Numbered from the stretch's first letter, positions 1 through 12,290 are shown. The stretch is DNA of 64,000 nt from Lama glama (GCA_028534125.1 CM052816.1:69442001-69506000), one strand, 5' to 3'. The notes: generated by a model from the sequence alone, not told the origin. Program-made: numbers and translations.

Positions 1-165
1 CATCGAACTGGTGCCTTTACGACAGCTGATGAACCTACATGGACACATCATAATCACTCAAAGTCCATAGTTTACATAACCGTTCGCTTTTTATGGGTGT
101 TGTCCATTTTATGGGTTTTGACAAATGTATTATGACCTGAACCCAACACTATAGTATCACTTAAT
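1..165 (-). mobile_element. Old L1 3' UTR fragment (L1MC/L1MD-like)
   Basis: gatgaacctacatggacacatcataatcactcaaagtccatagtttacat...tttgacaaatgtat resembles the antisense L1MC 3' end (recalled consensus). Confidence 0.7.
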
Positions 166-788
166 TATTTTTTAAAAGGCATCATGTGTATACTTTGCTC
201 CTGAGAGGCCCCACCTGCTTTTTTTGATAACTCAGTGATGGTGTCACGGTTTCTGGAAAGCTTGTAGACAGATTCTCGCTGTGAATTCACTCCCAAGGCC
301 TTTGCTCTTGGTCTGACAGTGAGTGACAGCACGGGAGGCTGGGGCTCCGAGACACTCCTCAGGCGGCCAGCCTCTGAGCCAGAATCCCGCAGTTGCCTTG
401 GCAACAGCTGAAGTTTCCTGTCCTGGGCTGAAAAGCGTGATGGCTCTTCATTTGTGAAAAGTCTATTTTACACTCTCAATCTGCCTGGGGCATAGATATG
501 CCAGGAATGGAACCCTCGAGAGTGGATTTCCTTTGTCTGATTTCGAAAAAGAGGGGAAGATACCTCCAAAAGGAAATGAACAGGAGGCCTGTGCACATCT
601 CATCCTGGGTACTGGGTTCAAATATGCCAACATAGCCAGAATCTAAGCAGTCAAAGTGGTAAGCTTGCACAGGATTTTGTTTCAGATGCAGCAGGATTTT
701 TTAGGCCATCACAGAGAGAAAGTCAATTCCTTTTGCAGGGACTCCCTGTGCCATTAGTTGTATTTTTAAACCCTAACACAAAGAGTTT

Positions 789-933
789 CTTTTTTAACTG
801 AAAAAAAAAAATTGGGAGGGGGTTAGGTTTATTTATTTATTTATTTTAAAATAGAGGTACTGGGGATTGAACCCAGGACCTCTTGCATGCTAAGCACATG
901 CTCTATCATTGAGCTATACCCTCCCCTTCCCCG
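789..933 (-). mobile_element. Camelid tRNA-Ala-derived SINE (vic-1 type)
   Basis: Reverse complement has A box (tagctcaatg), CTTAGCA anticodon-like loop, B box GGTTCAATCCC and a (TAAA)n tail; possible 7-bp TSD AGAGTTT at 782-788 and 934-940. Confidence 0.85.
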
Positions 934-1640
934 AGAGTTTTGAAAGAGGAAAAAGTTTAACATCCTTGACTGCATATTTAATTATGCCTAATATATCTGA
1001 AGTCTTCAAGAGCTCAGAGTACTCTCTGAACGTGAGCTTGTACTCATTGGGAACACTTAGGAAGCCCATCAGCTTTGAATTAGACAACAGACATTCTCTC
1101 CCTTTCAGCTTTCTTCTCTAATTGATGCTTCTGTTTGAGCCCAAATAGTTGCAATTTCCTTGATTGTCTCTCCAGACCATTGCTTATTGCAAAGCCCAAA
1201 TGTCTGCCTATCCCAGTTACAGGTATGTAAATAGCATTTAATCTTCCTTCCTTTGAAAAGTAAAGTATGTAGTCTCAACAAACATCCGCCAGATTTTATT
1301 TCAGAACTTGGAAAATAACTGGATTTCCTGCAGCAACAAGATTCACATAATTCTACTCTCCTGTAACCTAAAATCACTAGTGGTGGCCACCCGCTCAAGT
1401 GGTTACATGCACCTGGGCAGGAACAGCTGGGCCATAGTCAGACGGAGGAGAGCACTTGGTACTAAGTCCACCCAGGAGCCTCCCCTGACTCTAACATCCC
1501 GGTCAAATCAGTCTGGTCCTGCCCATCCTTTGATATCAAGGGGAACAAAGCACAAAGACTAAAAAGCAGATTTCATGCTTTTCCTCTCTTCCCTTAACAG
1601 AGGGTGTCAGGGGCTGTAGCACAGTGGGGGAATAATCACA

Positions 1641-1789
1641 AGAGCCCCAGTTGGCAGCAACGAAAGGCTGTGTTGAAGCAGGTTAAGCGCCCAGGGAAAT
1701 GTGATCATGTCTAGAGCCCCTGTTGGCAGCAACGAAAGGCTGTGTTGAAGCAGGTTAAGCGCCCAGGGAAATGTGATCATGTCTAGAGC
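1641..1789. repeat. 72-bp tandem duplication (2 copies plus AGAGC)
   Basis: 1641-1712 and 1713-1784 are identical except A1649/T1721; AGAGC recurs at 1785-1789. Confidence 0.97.
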
Positions 1790-1934
1790 AGACTCTGCTC
1801 ACTGGCCTCACACCTCTGTCCTGGTCTGGGATGCGGAAACTTGTTATCTGTTATCTTCTGGGATGCTATACATAACAGATGCTTGAGAAAGGATTCAGTG
1901 CCACGAAGAATCCTACATGGAGGAAAGAGCAGAG

Positions 1935-2215
1935 AAAATCTGGTCCTTGCCTTTAAGGAACTTCCAAGATGGTTGAGGCGTGTTTGCCCTCAACACACAC
2001 GCCATGATTGAAGCACAGGCAACAAGTTCTTCAGAGGGAGGTGTGACTAATACTAGGGAAGACAAAGGGTAGACTCAGTGAGGAAAGCCTCACAGAGGTG
2101 ATGTTCAAATTGGGATCTGAAGGAGAAGAGGAAATTGGGTTAAAAATAAGGGCAAGAGAGGTATTCTTCCCCAAAGGGACAGATCTGGCAAAGTCACAGA
2201 GACCTTGGGACATTT
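1935..2215 (-). mobile_element. L2 fragment
   Basis: ggtccttgcctttaaggaactt...gaggtgatgttcaaattgggatctgaagga...ggcaaagtcacagag resembles the antisense L2 3' region. Confidence 0.55.
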
Positions 2216-2447
2216 CTTAGGGAATATCAACTCTCAAGCTGTAAATAGGGTAGGAATTTCATTACTGATGGGGCTAGAAACAGAAGATTCAGCTCAACTG
2301 GAAAGGCTCTGATTGCTCTAAAGCCAAAATGAAGAACTCAAATGCCTTCAGGAAATCAGGCAGAAAATAGAGTGCTGATGTGTTATAACATATAGGGAGC
2401 ATTAGCAATGCCTAAGAAGAAAGAATTTAAATTTAAGAGCATCAAAT

Positions 2448-2576
2448 GGGGGTGGGGACAGTATACCTCAAGCAGTAGAGTGCACGCTTAGCATGCATGA
2501 GATCCTGGGTTCAATCCCCAGAACCTCCTGTGAAAAATTAACAAGTAATCCTAATTACCCTCCCCCACCCCCCAAA
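2448..2576 (+). mobile_element. Camelid tRNA-Ala-derived SINE (vic-1 type) with TSD
   Basis: tRNA-Ala(AGC)-like head (gtagagtgcacgcttagcatgcatgagatcctgggttcaatcccc); 13-bp TSD AAGAGCATCAAAT 2435-2447 and AAGAACATCAAAT 2577-2589, preceded by a TTT|AAGA L1-endonuclease-type site. Confidence 0.92.
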
Positions 2577-3972
2577 AAGAACATCAAATCAGTCAAACAG
2601 AAATACCTCCACAGACAGTACAGTTTTCTTCCTTGGCCATTCATACAGGGGAACGGGCCCCAGGAGAATTGGGAACCCCCATTTGTAAAATACAGATCGG
2701 TCAGCAAGAGACACCATATCTAAGCTACCAAGAGCACATCTGAAGAGTGGACGTCATTCAGGCAGCCCCACAGCAGATGCTAAGATTGGGAGGTGCCCGC
2801 TGAGTGCTCAGTGCCTTTAAGATCCCAGAAAACAAGACCCTAAACTTTAGATCCCCCTCCATGATAGCTTTTTCCATTATCTATTTTCTTTTTTAAGGCC
2901 AAAAGGAAAAATTAAGAAGCTCATATTTGAGTTTTATTCCCTAGTCCTTAAACCCCATACTGTACATTTCTATTTACGTATGAATAAACCAGGCCTTGCC
3001 CATCCACGCAAGAGGTTTTTCTGTCCACCTACAGTGTCTGTCAGGGAGTCCCTGAAAGAGCACCCGAGTCTCAGGTAAGACTTAAAGCCACTTGAACACA
3101 GGTTCTGCAGGCATATGTGTCCTCTGCAGGGCTCAGCACGGAGCAGGCCCCACACGTTTACTGAACCACTGGGAAAAGCGTGCTGAGCCTCTCTGGACTG
3201 GAGCTCCGTGCTGCGTGGCAAGTGCATTTTGGGCTGAATGCCCTCGGTATTCTTCATGGTTTGATTAGAAACCTCTTGATGCCACCTTGGAAGAGGGTTT
3301 AAAGGGAATAAAGGGTTTACTATGAACAGTACTGATACTCACGCTAGATATTTTATATTCTATTTTTTACACTTATTCCTTGCCATCTTACAATGTAAGA
3401 TTATTTTTTTTCCACTCTGTGGGGGAGGAAGTTGAAGTTCAATTAGCTTCCCTGAGATCACAAGCTATTATACCTTTGTGGGTCTAATTGCAAAATCTTA
3501 ACTCAAGAGGAAAAAGAAGAAAACCCATTCCCTGCTGAGAAGGAGTGTATTGACCTGGCCTACCTGATGGGTACTGTTCAGAGAAAATTCTCAGGCTGGC
3601 CTTCTTTTTTCCCCCCACAAATCAGTCTCTTACAAGTTTGGTAAATGAATAGACCAGATTACAAACCTCTGATAAAATCAGATTTCTGAACCTGCAAAAT
3701 AAGATGTGATGGAAAAGAAAAATTATCCTGCCCTATAGTCACCCGACTGGGACACATCCTCCCTGAGAGGCTCAGCCCCAAATGTGTGACCACCTTTACC
3801 ATATAGCACACCCACATACCCCAAAACAAAATTTCAGAAGCATCTCCGTGAAAACTCTTCTTTACTAACGGATGGCAGCTTTCAAAGGGCAGCCCCTCAG
3901 CAGAGCTCACAGGGAGCCATCCTGCCAGGCTGCATCCGTCATCCAGGTAACTAGCACAGAAAAATGTGCTCA

Positions 3973-4472
3973 NNNNNNNNNNNNNNNNNNNNNNNNNNNN
4001 NNNNNNNNNNNNNNNNNNNNNNNNNNNNNNNNNNNNNNNNNNNNNNNNNNNNNNNNNNNNNNNNNNNNNNNNNNNNNNNNNNNNNNNNNNNNNNNNNNNN
4101 NNNNNNNNNNNNNNNNNNNNNNNNNNNNNNNNNNNNNNNNNNNNNNNNNNNNNNNNNNNNNNNNNNNNNNNNNNNNNNNNNNNNNNNNNNNNNNNNNNNN
4201 NNNNNNNNNNNNNNNNNNNNNNNNNNNNNNNNNNNNNNNNNNNNNNNNNNNNNNNNNNNNNNNNNNNNNNNNNNNNNNNNNNNNNNNNNNNNNNNNNNNN
4301 NNNNNNNNNNNNNNNNNNNNNNNNNNNNNNNNNNNNNNNNNNNNNNNNNNNNNNNNNNNNNNNNNNNNNNNNNNNNNNNNNNNNNNNNNNNNNNNNNNNN
4401 NNNNNNNNNNNNNNNNNNNNNNNNNNNNNNNNNNNNNNNNNNNNNNNNNNNNNNNNNNNNNNNNNNNNNNNN
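3973..4472. other. Assembly gap (500 N)
   Basis: Exactly 500 N, a placeholder-size scaffold gap. Confidence 1.
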
Positions 4473-4907
4473 TAATCTTGTTCATCTATTCTACAATTTT
4501 GAAATCCCAGTCTATCCCTTCCCACCCTCCGCTCCCTTGGCAACCACAAGTTTGTATTCTATGTCTATGAGTCTATTTCTGTTTTGTATTTATGCTTTGT
4601 TTGTTTGTTTTTTAGATTCCACATATGAGTGATCTCATATGGTACTTTTCTTTCTCTTTGTGGCTTACTTCACTTAGAATGACATTCTCCAGGAGCATCC
4701 ATGTTGCTGCAAATGGTGTTATGTTGTCAGTTTTTATAGCTGAGTAGTATTCCATTGTATAAATATACCACATCCTCTTTATCCAGTCATCTGTTGATGG
4801 ACATTTAGGCTGTTTCCATGTCTTGGCTATTGTAAATAGTGCTGCTATGAACATTGGGGTGCAGGTGTCATTTTGAAGTAGGGTTCCTTCTTGATATATG
4901 CCCAGGA
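4473..4907 (-). mobile_element. Young 5'-truncated L1 (ORF2 C-terminus plus 3' UTR)
   Basis: Uninterrupted ORF2 C-terminus LGIY...CTPMFIAALFTIAKTWKQPKCPSTDDWIKRMWYIYTMEYYSAIK...SLICGI* (stop 4612-4614); 3' end runs into the gap. Confidence 0.93.
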
Positions 4908-5436
4908 CATTTGAACCATTTTTAAGTGTGCAGTTCAGCAATGTTCCCCACTCTCCTTCTTCAGAACTTTTTCATCATTCTCATCTGAAACTCTGTATCC
5001 ATTAAACAGTAACTCCCCTTTCCCCCTCCCCCAGCCCCTGGTAACCAGTATTCTACTTTCTGTCTCTATGATCTCATATAAGTGGAATCATACAATATTT
5101 GTTCTTTGTGTTTGGATTCTTTCATTTAGTTTAATGTCTTCAAGGTTAACCCATGCTGTAGCATGTATCAGAATTTCATTCCTTTTTAACGTTGATAATG
5201 TTCCATTGTATGTACGCACCATATTTTGTTTATCCATTCATCTGCTGATGGACATTTGGGTTGTTTCTACTGATAGGCTGTTGTGAATAATGCTGCTATA
5301 AACATGGGTGTACAAATATCTGTTTGAGTTCCTGCTTTTAATTCCTTTGGGTATATACCTAGAAGTAAAATTGTTAGCTCATGCTAATTCTGTTTAATTT
5401 TTGGAGGAATTGCCATACCACTTTCCATAGCAGCTT
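4908..5436 (-). mobile_element. Older L1 3' end (L1MB-like)
   Basis: accatttttaagtgtgcagttcag...ctcatataagtggaatcatacaatattt...gatggacatttgggttgtttc resembles antisense L1MB. Confidence 0.85.
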
Positions 5437-5904
5437 CTATCTTCTTATTTTTAAAGTATTGCTAAAGCACAGAGAAAGACAAAGATTACATACCAGATGT
5501 TCAGTCATTTCTGGGTTATGACATTATGGGTTGAAGATCCTGGCGGTCCTATGGCAATTCTAACAGCAGTGCTGAGCACACAGAGTCTGAGAGGCTTTAG
5601 CGGGTGCTGGAGGTAGAACTTCTCGGCATTTCGGGAGTAGCCTGTGGCCATGGTCCCACCCTTGGTTGGTCCTTTGTTAAGGACTGAAATTGGACAGTTT
5701 TATTGAAGGAATACATCCAACACTTGATCCATAAACTATAACTACCCCCTAGAAGAGGTAACATATCCCAGTTTTACTGGCCACAATGTAAAGATACTTT
5801 TTTCAAAGTTTTAAATTACAAAATCCGTATTGTAGAATGTATGGGAACAAAAGTAGAAAGGAAAAAAGTTCATCACCTGATCCTGTTGTCAGGCGGTAAA
5901 CAGC

Positions 5905-6033
5905 AGTTGGGCTTTGGAGTCAGGAGAGTTTGGATCCAAACCCGGGCTCTGACATGGAGTACCCGTGCAATCTGGGAGGAGGTACTGAACCTCTAGGACA
6001 CACAGTTTCTTCATCTGAAAAACGGGTGTATAA
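5905..6033 (+). mobile_element. MIR 5' part (split by L1)
   Basis: gggctttggagtcag...cagtttcttcatctgaaaaacggg MIR head and core. Confidence 0.75.
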
Positions 6034-6489
6034 TCACAATATCCCCAAACGGGAAACAGCCTGAATGAATGTCCACTGTCTAGACAAATGGTGGTATAGC
6101 CATCCAGTGGAAGATATATTCAGCAATACGAAGAAAATGTGCTATGAAATGATGACGCTCAAAACCATTATGCAAAGGGAAAGGATTTAGATACAAAAGA
6201 CCAAGGAATCACATATTTTATGATTCCATTTGTGAAAAATGTCCAGAAAAGGCAAATTTATAGAAATTGAAAGTAGATCAGTAGTTGCCCAGGGCTGGAA
6301 GTGGGAATGAGGACTAGCTGCAAATCCGCATGAGGAATCTTACTGGGGGAATAAAAATGTTCTACAGCTGGATTCTGGTGATGATTGCACCTGTCAGTAA
6401 AGTTACTAGAAATCACTGAATTGTACACTTGAAATGAATGAATTCTATGATATGTAAAATATACCTCAATAAAGCTCTTAAAAAAAAAA
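6034..6489 (+). mobile_element. L1 3' end (L1MB7/8-like) nested in MIR
   Basis: tatgattccattt...tgtccagaaaaggcaaatttataga...aattgtacactt...cctcaataaagc followed by an A-tail. Confidence 0.88.
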
Positions 6490-6564
6490 GGATGGGAACT
6501 AGTCATCCCACTTGTAATCTGTGCTGAAAAATAAAAGCACTCATGGTAAGGGTTAAAAAAGATA

Positions 6565-6664
6565 AAATCTCATCCCATAGTTAATGTTTAAATGAGGGCA
6601 TCTGTAAAATACTCAGCACAGGGTCTGGCACATGTAAACATTCAAGCAGTTGCCTGTTATTATA
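6565..6664 (+). mobile_element. MIR 3' part
   Basis: taaatgagggcatctgtaaaatactcagcacagggtctggcacatgtaaacattcaa...gttatta MIR tail. Confidence 0.7.
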
Positions 6665-6829
6665 ACAGCTAAACATCAGCCACTGTCAACACTGAAAGGA
6701 AATGCAATGAAATGTAATTTGCAATGCACATGTATTTCATACAGGTCAGATCATCTTGTATAAGTCCAATAGCCCACCTTTACTCCATTTATCATATTTT
6801 CTGCATTATTTTATGTTTTTCTTAGGTGT

Positions 6830-7430
6830 TCCATGATAACATAGAGTACACCATATGGCTAAACAATTTAAAGATTTACTGATAGATATTTAGCTTTTCA
6901 AATTTTGCTTTATAAATAACTTCAATGAACATCTTTTTCCTTAAGTCTTGAGGTTTTCATATAAATGATTAGAAATACAAATAAAATAGAATGACAGGAT
7001 CCAAGCATACACACATGGTTAGTGCTGCTGTTGGACGTTGCCAAATTGCTTCCCTGAAAGTTTTTGCCTTTTATTCTGCCCCGACACTGTATGAAATCCT
7101 GATTCCACCACCCAGTGGCCTTGAGTGCTATTTTTAAACCTTGGCAATCTGAGAAGTGAAAAGCGATACTGTTTCTTTCACTTGGAGTCTCCGTGGTTGT
7201 TTACTAGTGAATTTAAACATTTTCCATGTGTTTATTAGGCAAAATATTATTTCTGTGACTTGTTGGCTCATGATTTTTGTCTTTTGGGATTTCAGTGTTT
7301 CTTGTGGAATTGTGTATGTGAATTCTCCTTTAAGGACTGACTCTCCTTTGTTGCATTTTTCTTCCAGATTGCTGTGTTCTCTTTAATGTCATTACTAACA
7401 GATTGAAGTTTTAAATGCTCGTAGAATTAA
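6830..7430 (-). mobile_element. Old L1 (L1ME-like)
   Basis: Degenerate antisense ORF2-end motifs: aatgaacatct, ttgccaaattgcttcc, aacattttccatgtgtttatt. Confidence 0.6.
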
Positions 7431-8604
7431 CGTCACTTTGTAAAGCAGATTTGTAGAAGATTCAGAGATGGATGGGGTGGGGGTAGGGGAAGAGAACTGT
7501 TCTTTGCCTGCTTTGTAATTTAGCCTCAATATGCAGGTCTGTGAATGCATCTGATCCCCACTCTTCCCTTCATGGTCACAATGTATCCGTCATGGTTCAG
7601 TAACCACTTTCTCATCCAGCAAATGATTATCAGCAGTCCTCTGGACCTCAGGATTGACTCAGGATTAAATTGAAATCCAAGAGTTGTGATAACATTGTCC
7701 ATATATTAAATTTTTCTCAGCGCTCCTAGCACCAGAAGATCAAACCACAGTTTGGTAATATCTCTTTGATCAATAAGCAACTTAATAAAAACTTTATTAC
7801 TCTCCCTCCAGAACAGCCTAAGAGTGGAGATGTCAGATAATTACTAAGGAATCTGTCAAGTGTATATGTTCAGTAGGTGTAAACCCAGAGGGCTGTCTCG
7901 CTCATTATGACACATTCATACTTGCTGTGTTGGTTGCTATCATAGGTAAGAATTTCCTACTCCAGATCTATGTTCTCTAAAAATTGAACATTGAGAACCT
8001 CTTCCTAAAAATGATTTGTTAATGTGGAGGAAAAATGTTCACTTTTTAGAATCAGTATTAGTAAAGATATTTGAGAATATCCTTAATATGCAGTTATTAG
8101 ATTAAAAATCATGGAAAAACTAATCTTCAAAGGTGGTACTAGCTGTGTGATTTGGGGAAAATTATTTCTGTATCTGCTTCCTCTTGTATCAAATAGGAAA
8201 AATGAAATGTTTGCTCCAGTCCTTTGCCATAGCTATAAATCGTAAATCATTAAGCCTATCATAAATACTCAGCTATGCTGTGATTCCTAGGCCAAGGAAA
8301 TTAGCAGGTGGAGCAAACGGCTTAATTCCTTCATGATTCCATCTTAGCAGGAGAATGTAGGTGTAGTACTTGTTGTTTGTTGCTCAAAGCACAGTGCCAG
8401 ATATTTTTACCTTCTTATTAAACCTGTGCAACATGGGTGGTTACTCCCATTTCAAGGATGAGGTAACTGAGGCTTGAAGAAACTATCCTGCTTTTCGTGC
8501 AGTGAGTCAGATGCTTCCCTGTGACTCATTTCTGGTGTTTCTTTCATTTAATTAATGTGTAATTTGTTGGACTTGTTATTTAATGGCCTACGTGACATAC
8601 CCAT

Positions 8605-9507
8605 TTTGATGACTAATGAGCATCTCAAACAAGATGGAAAACAAGCTTCTGACATTGCCCTCCAAACCTGCCCTCTCCACAGTCCTTCCCACTCAGTAAA
8701 TGATAACCTCATTATTCCAGGTGCTCAAACCAGAAACCTCAAAGTTGTCCTCAACTCCCTCAAACTCCACTCTGATCTTTAACAAACACTGCCAACCCCA
8801 CCTTCAAAATATATCCAGAATCTGGACCACTTTTTACATTTTCATGCCAGTGTTGTGGCCCAGGCCACCCACAACTCTCACCTGTATTATTAAAATAGCC
8901 TCCTAAGTGGTTCATTTTTGCCCTTTTCTTTCTTCAGCCTATTTGCACAGAGCTGCCAGAATGCTACTGCTGAAACGAAGGTCCGATCACGCGGTCTCCC
9001 TGTTCAAAACCTGCCAGTGAATTCCTGTGTGACCCAGAGTGAGAGCCGAAGACCCGCAGTGGTCTCACACGACCTGGCCCTCTTCCTGGTCAGCTGTATG
9101 AGGACCACACCTTCTACCCCTCCCTCTGTGGCTCGCTCCACAACAGCCACACCGGCCTCCACGCTGTGCCCTTGGACAAGGCTGCTCTAACTCCACATCC
9201 CATCGTGGCCCCCTCCCTCACTTCCTGCAGGCTTTTATATAAAGCTAGCTTCTCCATGAGGGCATCCTGCACCACCCTGCCTAACATCTCAACCACTCAA
9301 TCACTCACATCCCCATTCCTGCTTCCTTTGTTTGTTTCACACTTATCACCAATGGACTACATATTGTACTTATTTATCTTGTTTGTCTCCCCTCTCTAGA
9401 ATCTACTCTCCATGGAGCCGGGGATTTTGGTCTCTTCATTCTCTTGTTCTCCCAGTGCCTAACGCATAGTGGGTATACCGTCAATATTTGTTGAATGAGT
9501 GAATGAG
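8605..9507 (+). mobile_element. L2 3' region (L2a-like), ~900 bp
   Basis: gcatctcaaac...ttcaaaatatatccagaatc...aatagcctcctaa...cccagtgcctaacgcatagt...aatatttgttgaatgagtgaatgag terminus. Confidence 0.88.
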
Positions 9508-9639
9508 TTTGTAACAGATACCTGCTTTGCTCCACTCATGATGTCCTCCATCTCACATGAGAGCATCCTTTACAGACACTTAACTTTTCTTCACATGACC
9601 ATATGTGCCTTTATCAGGTAGCACAGGACTTCCTCCAAG

Positions 9640-9840
9640 TTTTCCACACCTCTCTCCAGGCTTTCTTCTAGATCTTCATGACCACTTCTGGGTCACATGA
9701 CAATCCCTACTTCAGTCACTGGCAGAAAGAAATGGGACAACCACGGCTGTCATTGTTCAATCAGGATTTAACCCCTGTACCTGCGCAGATGGCTGCTGGA
9801 ATGAAATTGGAGTAACAGGAAGACTGTGGTGATTTTACAT
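9640..9840 (-). mobile_element. Old MaLR LTR fragment (MLT1K/L-like)
   Basis: ctgggtcacatgacaatccct...cagtcactggcag...gaatgaaattggag motifs. Confidence 0.5.
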
Positions 9841-9884
9841 AGGAAAATAAGTGCCAGATCCATGAATTGCAGTTTCATGTCTGT

Positions 9885-10030
9885 GATCACATTTAAGCTT
9901 CAACATCCTTATGAGGAAGGATAGGCAAGTACCCTGACCATTTTCACAGAAGAGGAAACAAAGACCCAGAGAGGTTCCCAACATGCCAAGGACATGCAGT
10001 AGGTCAGAGGCAGGCTGGGCATGGTCTGCC
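9885..10030 (-). mobile_element. MIR
   Basis: ccattttcacagaagaggaaacaaagacccagagaggtt...atgccaaggacatgcag antisense core. Confidence 0.65.
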
Positions 10031-11184
10031 TGGGTTCTGGGTTCTGCAGAAGCAAGATGGTTTGGAGAGACCCAGAATTTTATTTCACTCCACACAAAAA
10101 ACTATACGACCTCAAACAGCTGTTTTGATCCCTCAGGGTCTCAGTTTCTTCGTCTATAAAATGGAGATCACATCCCTTTCTTGTTCCAGAACTCTGTGTG
10201 GGCTGATTAATCATTAAGGTCTCTTCTTATCTATTAAACTCCAGCTCAGGCAGAGAAACAGGAGTGAGTGATTGGACTTTGAACCTGGCAGAGCCAGAAG
10301 AGAAGAATTAGGTTTCTTTGTAATGATGTATTTTTTTAAAAAACCCTTTTGTTCTGAAAATAAATACATATGGGTGAACTTTTTAAACCTGAGTCTGTTC
10401 CCAGGGACTCTCCCTTGCATTGCATCTCTAAATGCTTCAAGTTCCGGCTTTGACATTGGAGGAAGCTGTGTTCCTCAGCGGGTTGTCTGGTCCCCATTTA
10501 GAGACCAAGTCCCTGAGAATCCGGAGTTGGGATTTTCCTCTGCGGAACTCCTTCATGGGGCCCGTTGCATGGGCCTTTGTAGCCTGATGATGCTTTGCTG
10601 GGCCAGGGTCCCGGTGCCTGCCATTGCCAGGCTGCCACCATTCTAAATTCTGCTTCGGGCTTCTCATTCCCGTGCATAATTCCCAATGTGACGCCTGCCC
10701 TAGAGATTCAAGTGTTTCTGCAAAAGGAATGGCTTTATGGGAAGAAAATGATTACTTAATAATTTACTGAACATTGTGTTTCAAGTTCTATACCCATATA
10801 ATGCATTTTCCAATCTTCTAATTTTATAGATCTACATCTTTTCCCTTTCAGCAATGTCAAAATTAATATTTCATAATTCCTTCCTTCTGTATAGAAATTT
10901 AAGGTGTTCCACATATTATCTTGTGTGACTTTACAATTAAGAAAAATTATGTAACTTGCACAAAGTTGTTTAGCTGGTTAAGAACAGAGTTGAGACTGGA
11001 CCCTAGGGCTGCCAGGCTGCCTCAGAAGTGTCATACCCAGTGACACAATTTTCAGACTTCCAAAATTGACATTTATTTGTACCTTCAATCACCCACTGTC
11101 AGAATTTTAAGGTTTATCATTTCTGAAAAACATGGATAGGGAATTTTACCTGCAGAAAGCTGCTTCTAAATTTATTACTTAAGC

Positions 11185-11403
11185 CAGGGATTGGCAAATT
11201 TTTTCTGTAAAGGGCTGGATAGTAAATATTTTAGGCTTTGTGGTTCAGATAATTCCCATTGCAACAACTCATCTCTGCCATTGTAGTGAGAAGGCAGCAC
11301 AGACAATGTGTAAACAAATCAGCGTGGCTGTGTTTCAATAAAACTTTACGAGAACAGGTGGTAGGCTGCATTTGGCCCTTGTGCTATTGTTTGCTGACCT
11401 CTG
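11185..11403. mobile_element. MER58A-like hAT-Charlie DNA transposon (full length)
   Basis: Terminal inverted repeats cagggattggcaaa / tttgctgacctctg; body tgtaaagggc..atagtaaatattttaggc...gtggctgtgtttcaataaaacttta; 8-bp TSD ACTTAAGC / ACTGAGGC (6/8). Confidence 0.9.
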
Positions 11404-11826
11404 ACTGAGGCTGTGGTGCTATTAAGATTATGCACTCTTTTACATGACACTTTAAAAGGCATCAGTAAAATTATTTGTCTCTGATTTTCTTAGTCAAATA
11501 GGAAGGTGAAATTTGTTTCACGAAATATTTATCCTGGTACTTCAGAAAAGTCTCTACACATTTACCTCGCCGAAATATTTCACAAACTTGACGAAATGTC
11601 ACAGGCTCAAAGAATGTTAGCATACAGGGATATCTGAGATAATTCAATCTAAGACCCTCATTGTATAGGTGGGGAAACAAAGGAAGTTTTTCAACTTTTC
11701 ATCCAAAAGAAGTACAAGTTTGAATTTAGAAGACCAATGATTGATGAGCTAGAGCTTAATGTGTAGTTGAAATATTGATATTTCTTTGCTGAAGAGTAAA
11801 CTGTATTATATATCTAAAGAACTACA

Positions 11827-12165
11827 CATTTGCAGCAACATAGATGGACCTGGAGATATTCATACTAAGTGAAGTAAGCCAGAAAGAGAAAGAAAACTAC
11901 CGTATGATATCACTTATATGTGGAATCTTTAAAAATGACACAAATGAATTATTTACAAAACAGAAACAGACTCACAGACATAGAAAACAAACTTATTGTT
12001 ACCAGGCGGTAAAGGAGCTGGGGAGGGATAAATTAGCAGTTTGGGATTTGCAAATATTAACTACTACATATAAAACAGATAAACAACAGGGTCCTACTGT
12101 ATAGCACAGGGAACTATATTCAATAACTTGTAAGAGCCTATAATGAAAAAGAAAATGAAAAGGAA

Positions 12166-12208
<43 letters not shown>

Positions 12209-12290
12209 AACCGAATCACTATGATGTACACAAGAAATTCACACAACGTTATAAATCAACTATACTTCAATTGAAAAAGCTAATAAAAAC
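11827..12290 (+). mobile_element. Cetartiodactyl/camelid L1 3' end
   Basis: Translates MDLEIFILSEVSQKEKENYRMISLICGI (ORF2 end), followed by 3' UTR cctactgtatagcacagggaactatattcaa...aatcaactatacttcaa and an A-rich tail. Confidence 0.92.
12172..12204. repeat. (TA)16 microsatellite inside L1 3' UTR
   Basis: Perfect TA run. Confidence 0.95.

Noticed and set aside
1641..1789. CRISPR-like or minisatellite array
   Set aside because: Only two adjacent copies, no spacers, and a mammalian context.
2448..2530. tRNA-Ala(AGC) gene (also the copies at ~850-926 and ~62360-62429)
   Set aside because: Broken stems, A-rich tails and TSDs show these are SINEs, not tRNA genes.
3659..4632. Long ORFs (169-296 aa) spanning the first gap
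   Set aside because: Artefacts of translating 500 N as X.
4612..4941. 109-aa ORF as a host gene (also 11844-12104)
   Set aside because: L1 ORF2 C-terminal fragments from 5'-truncated insertions.
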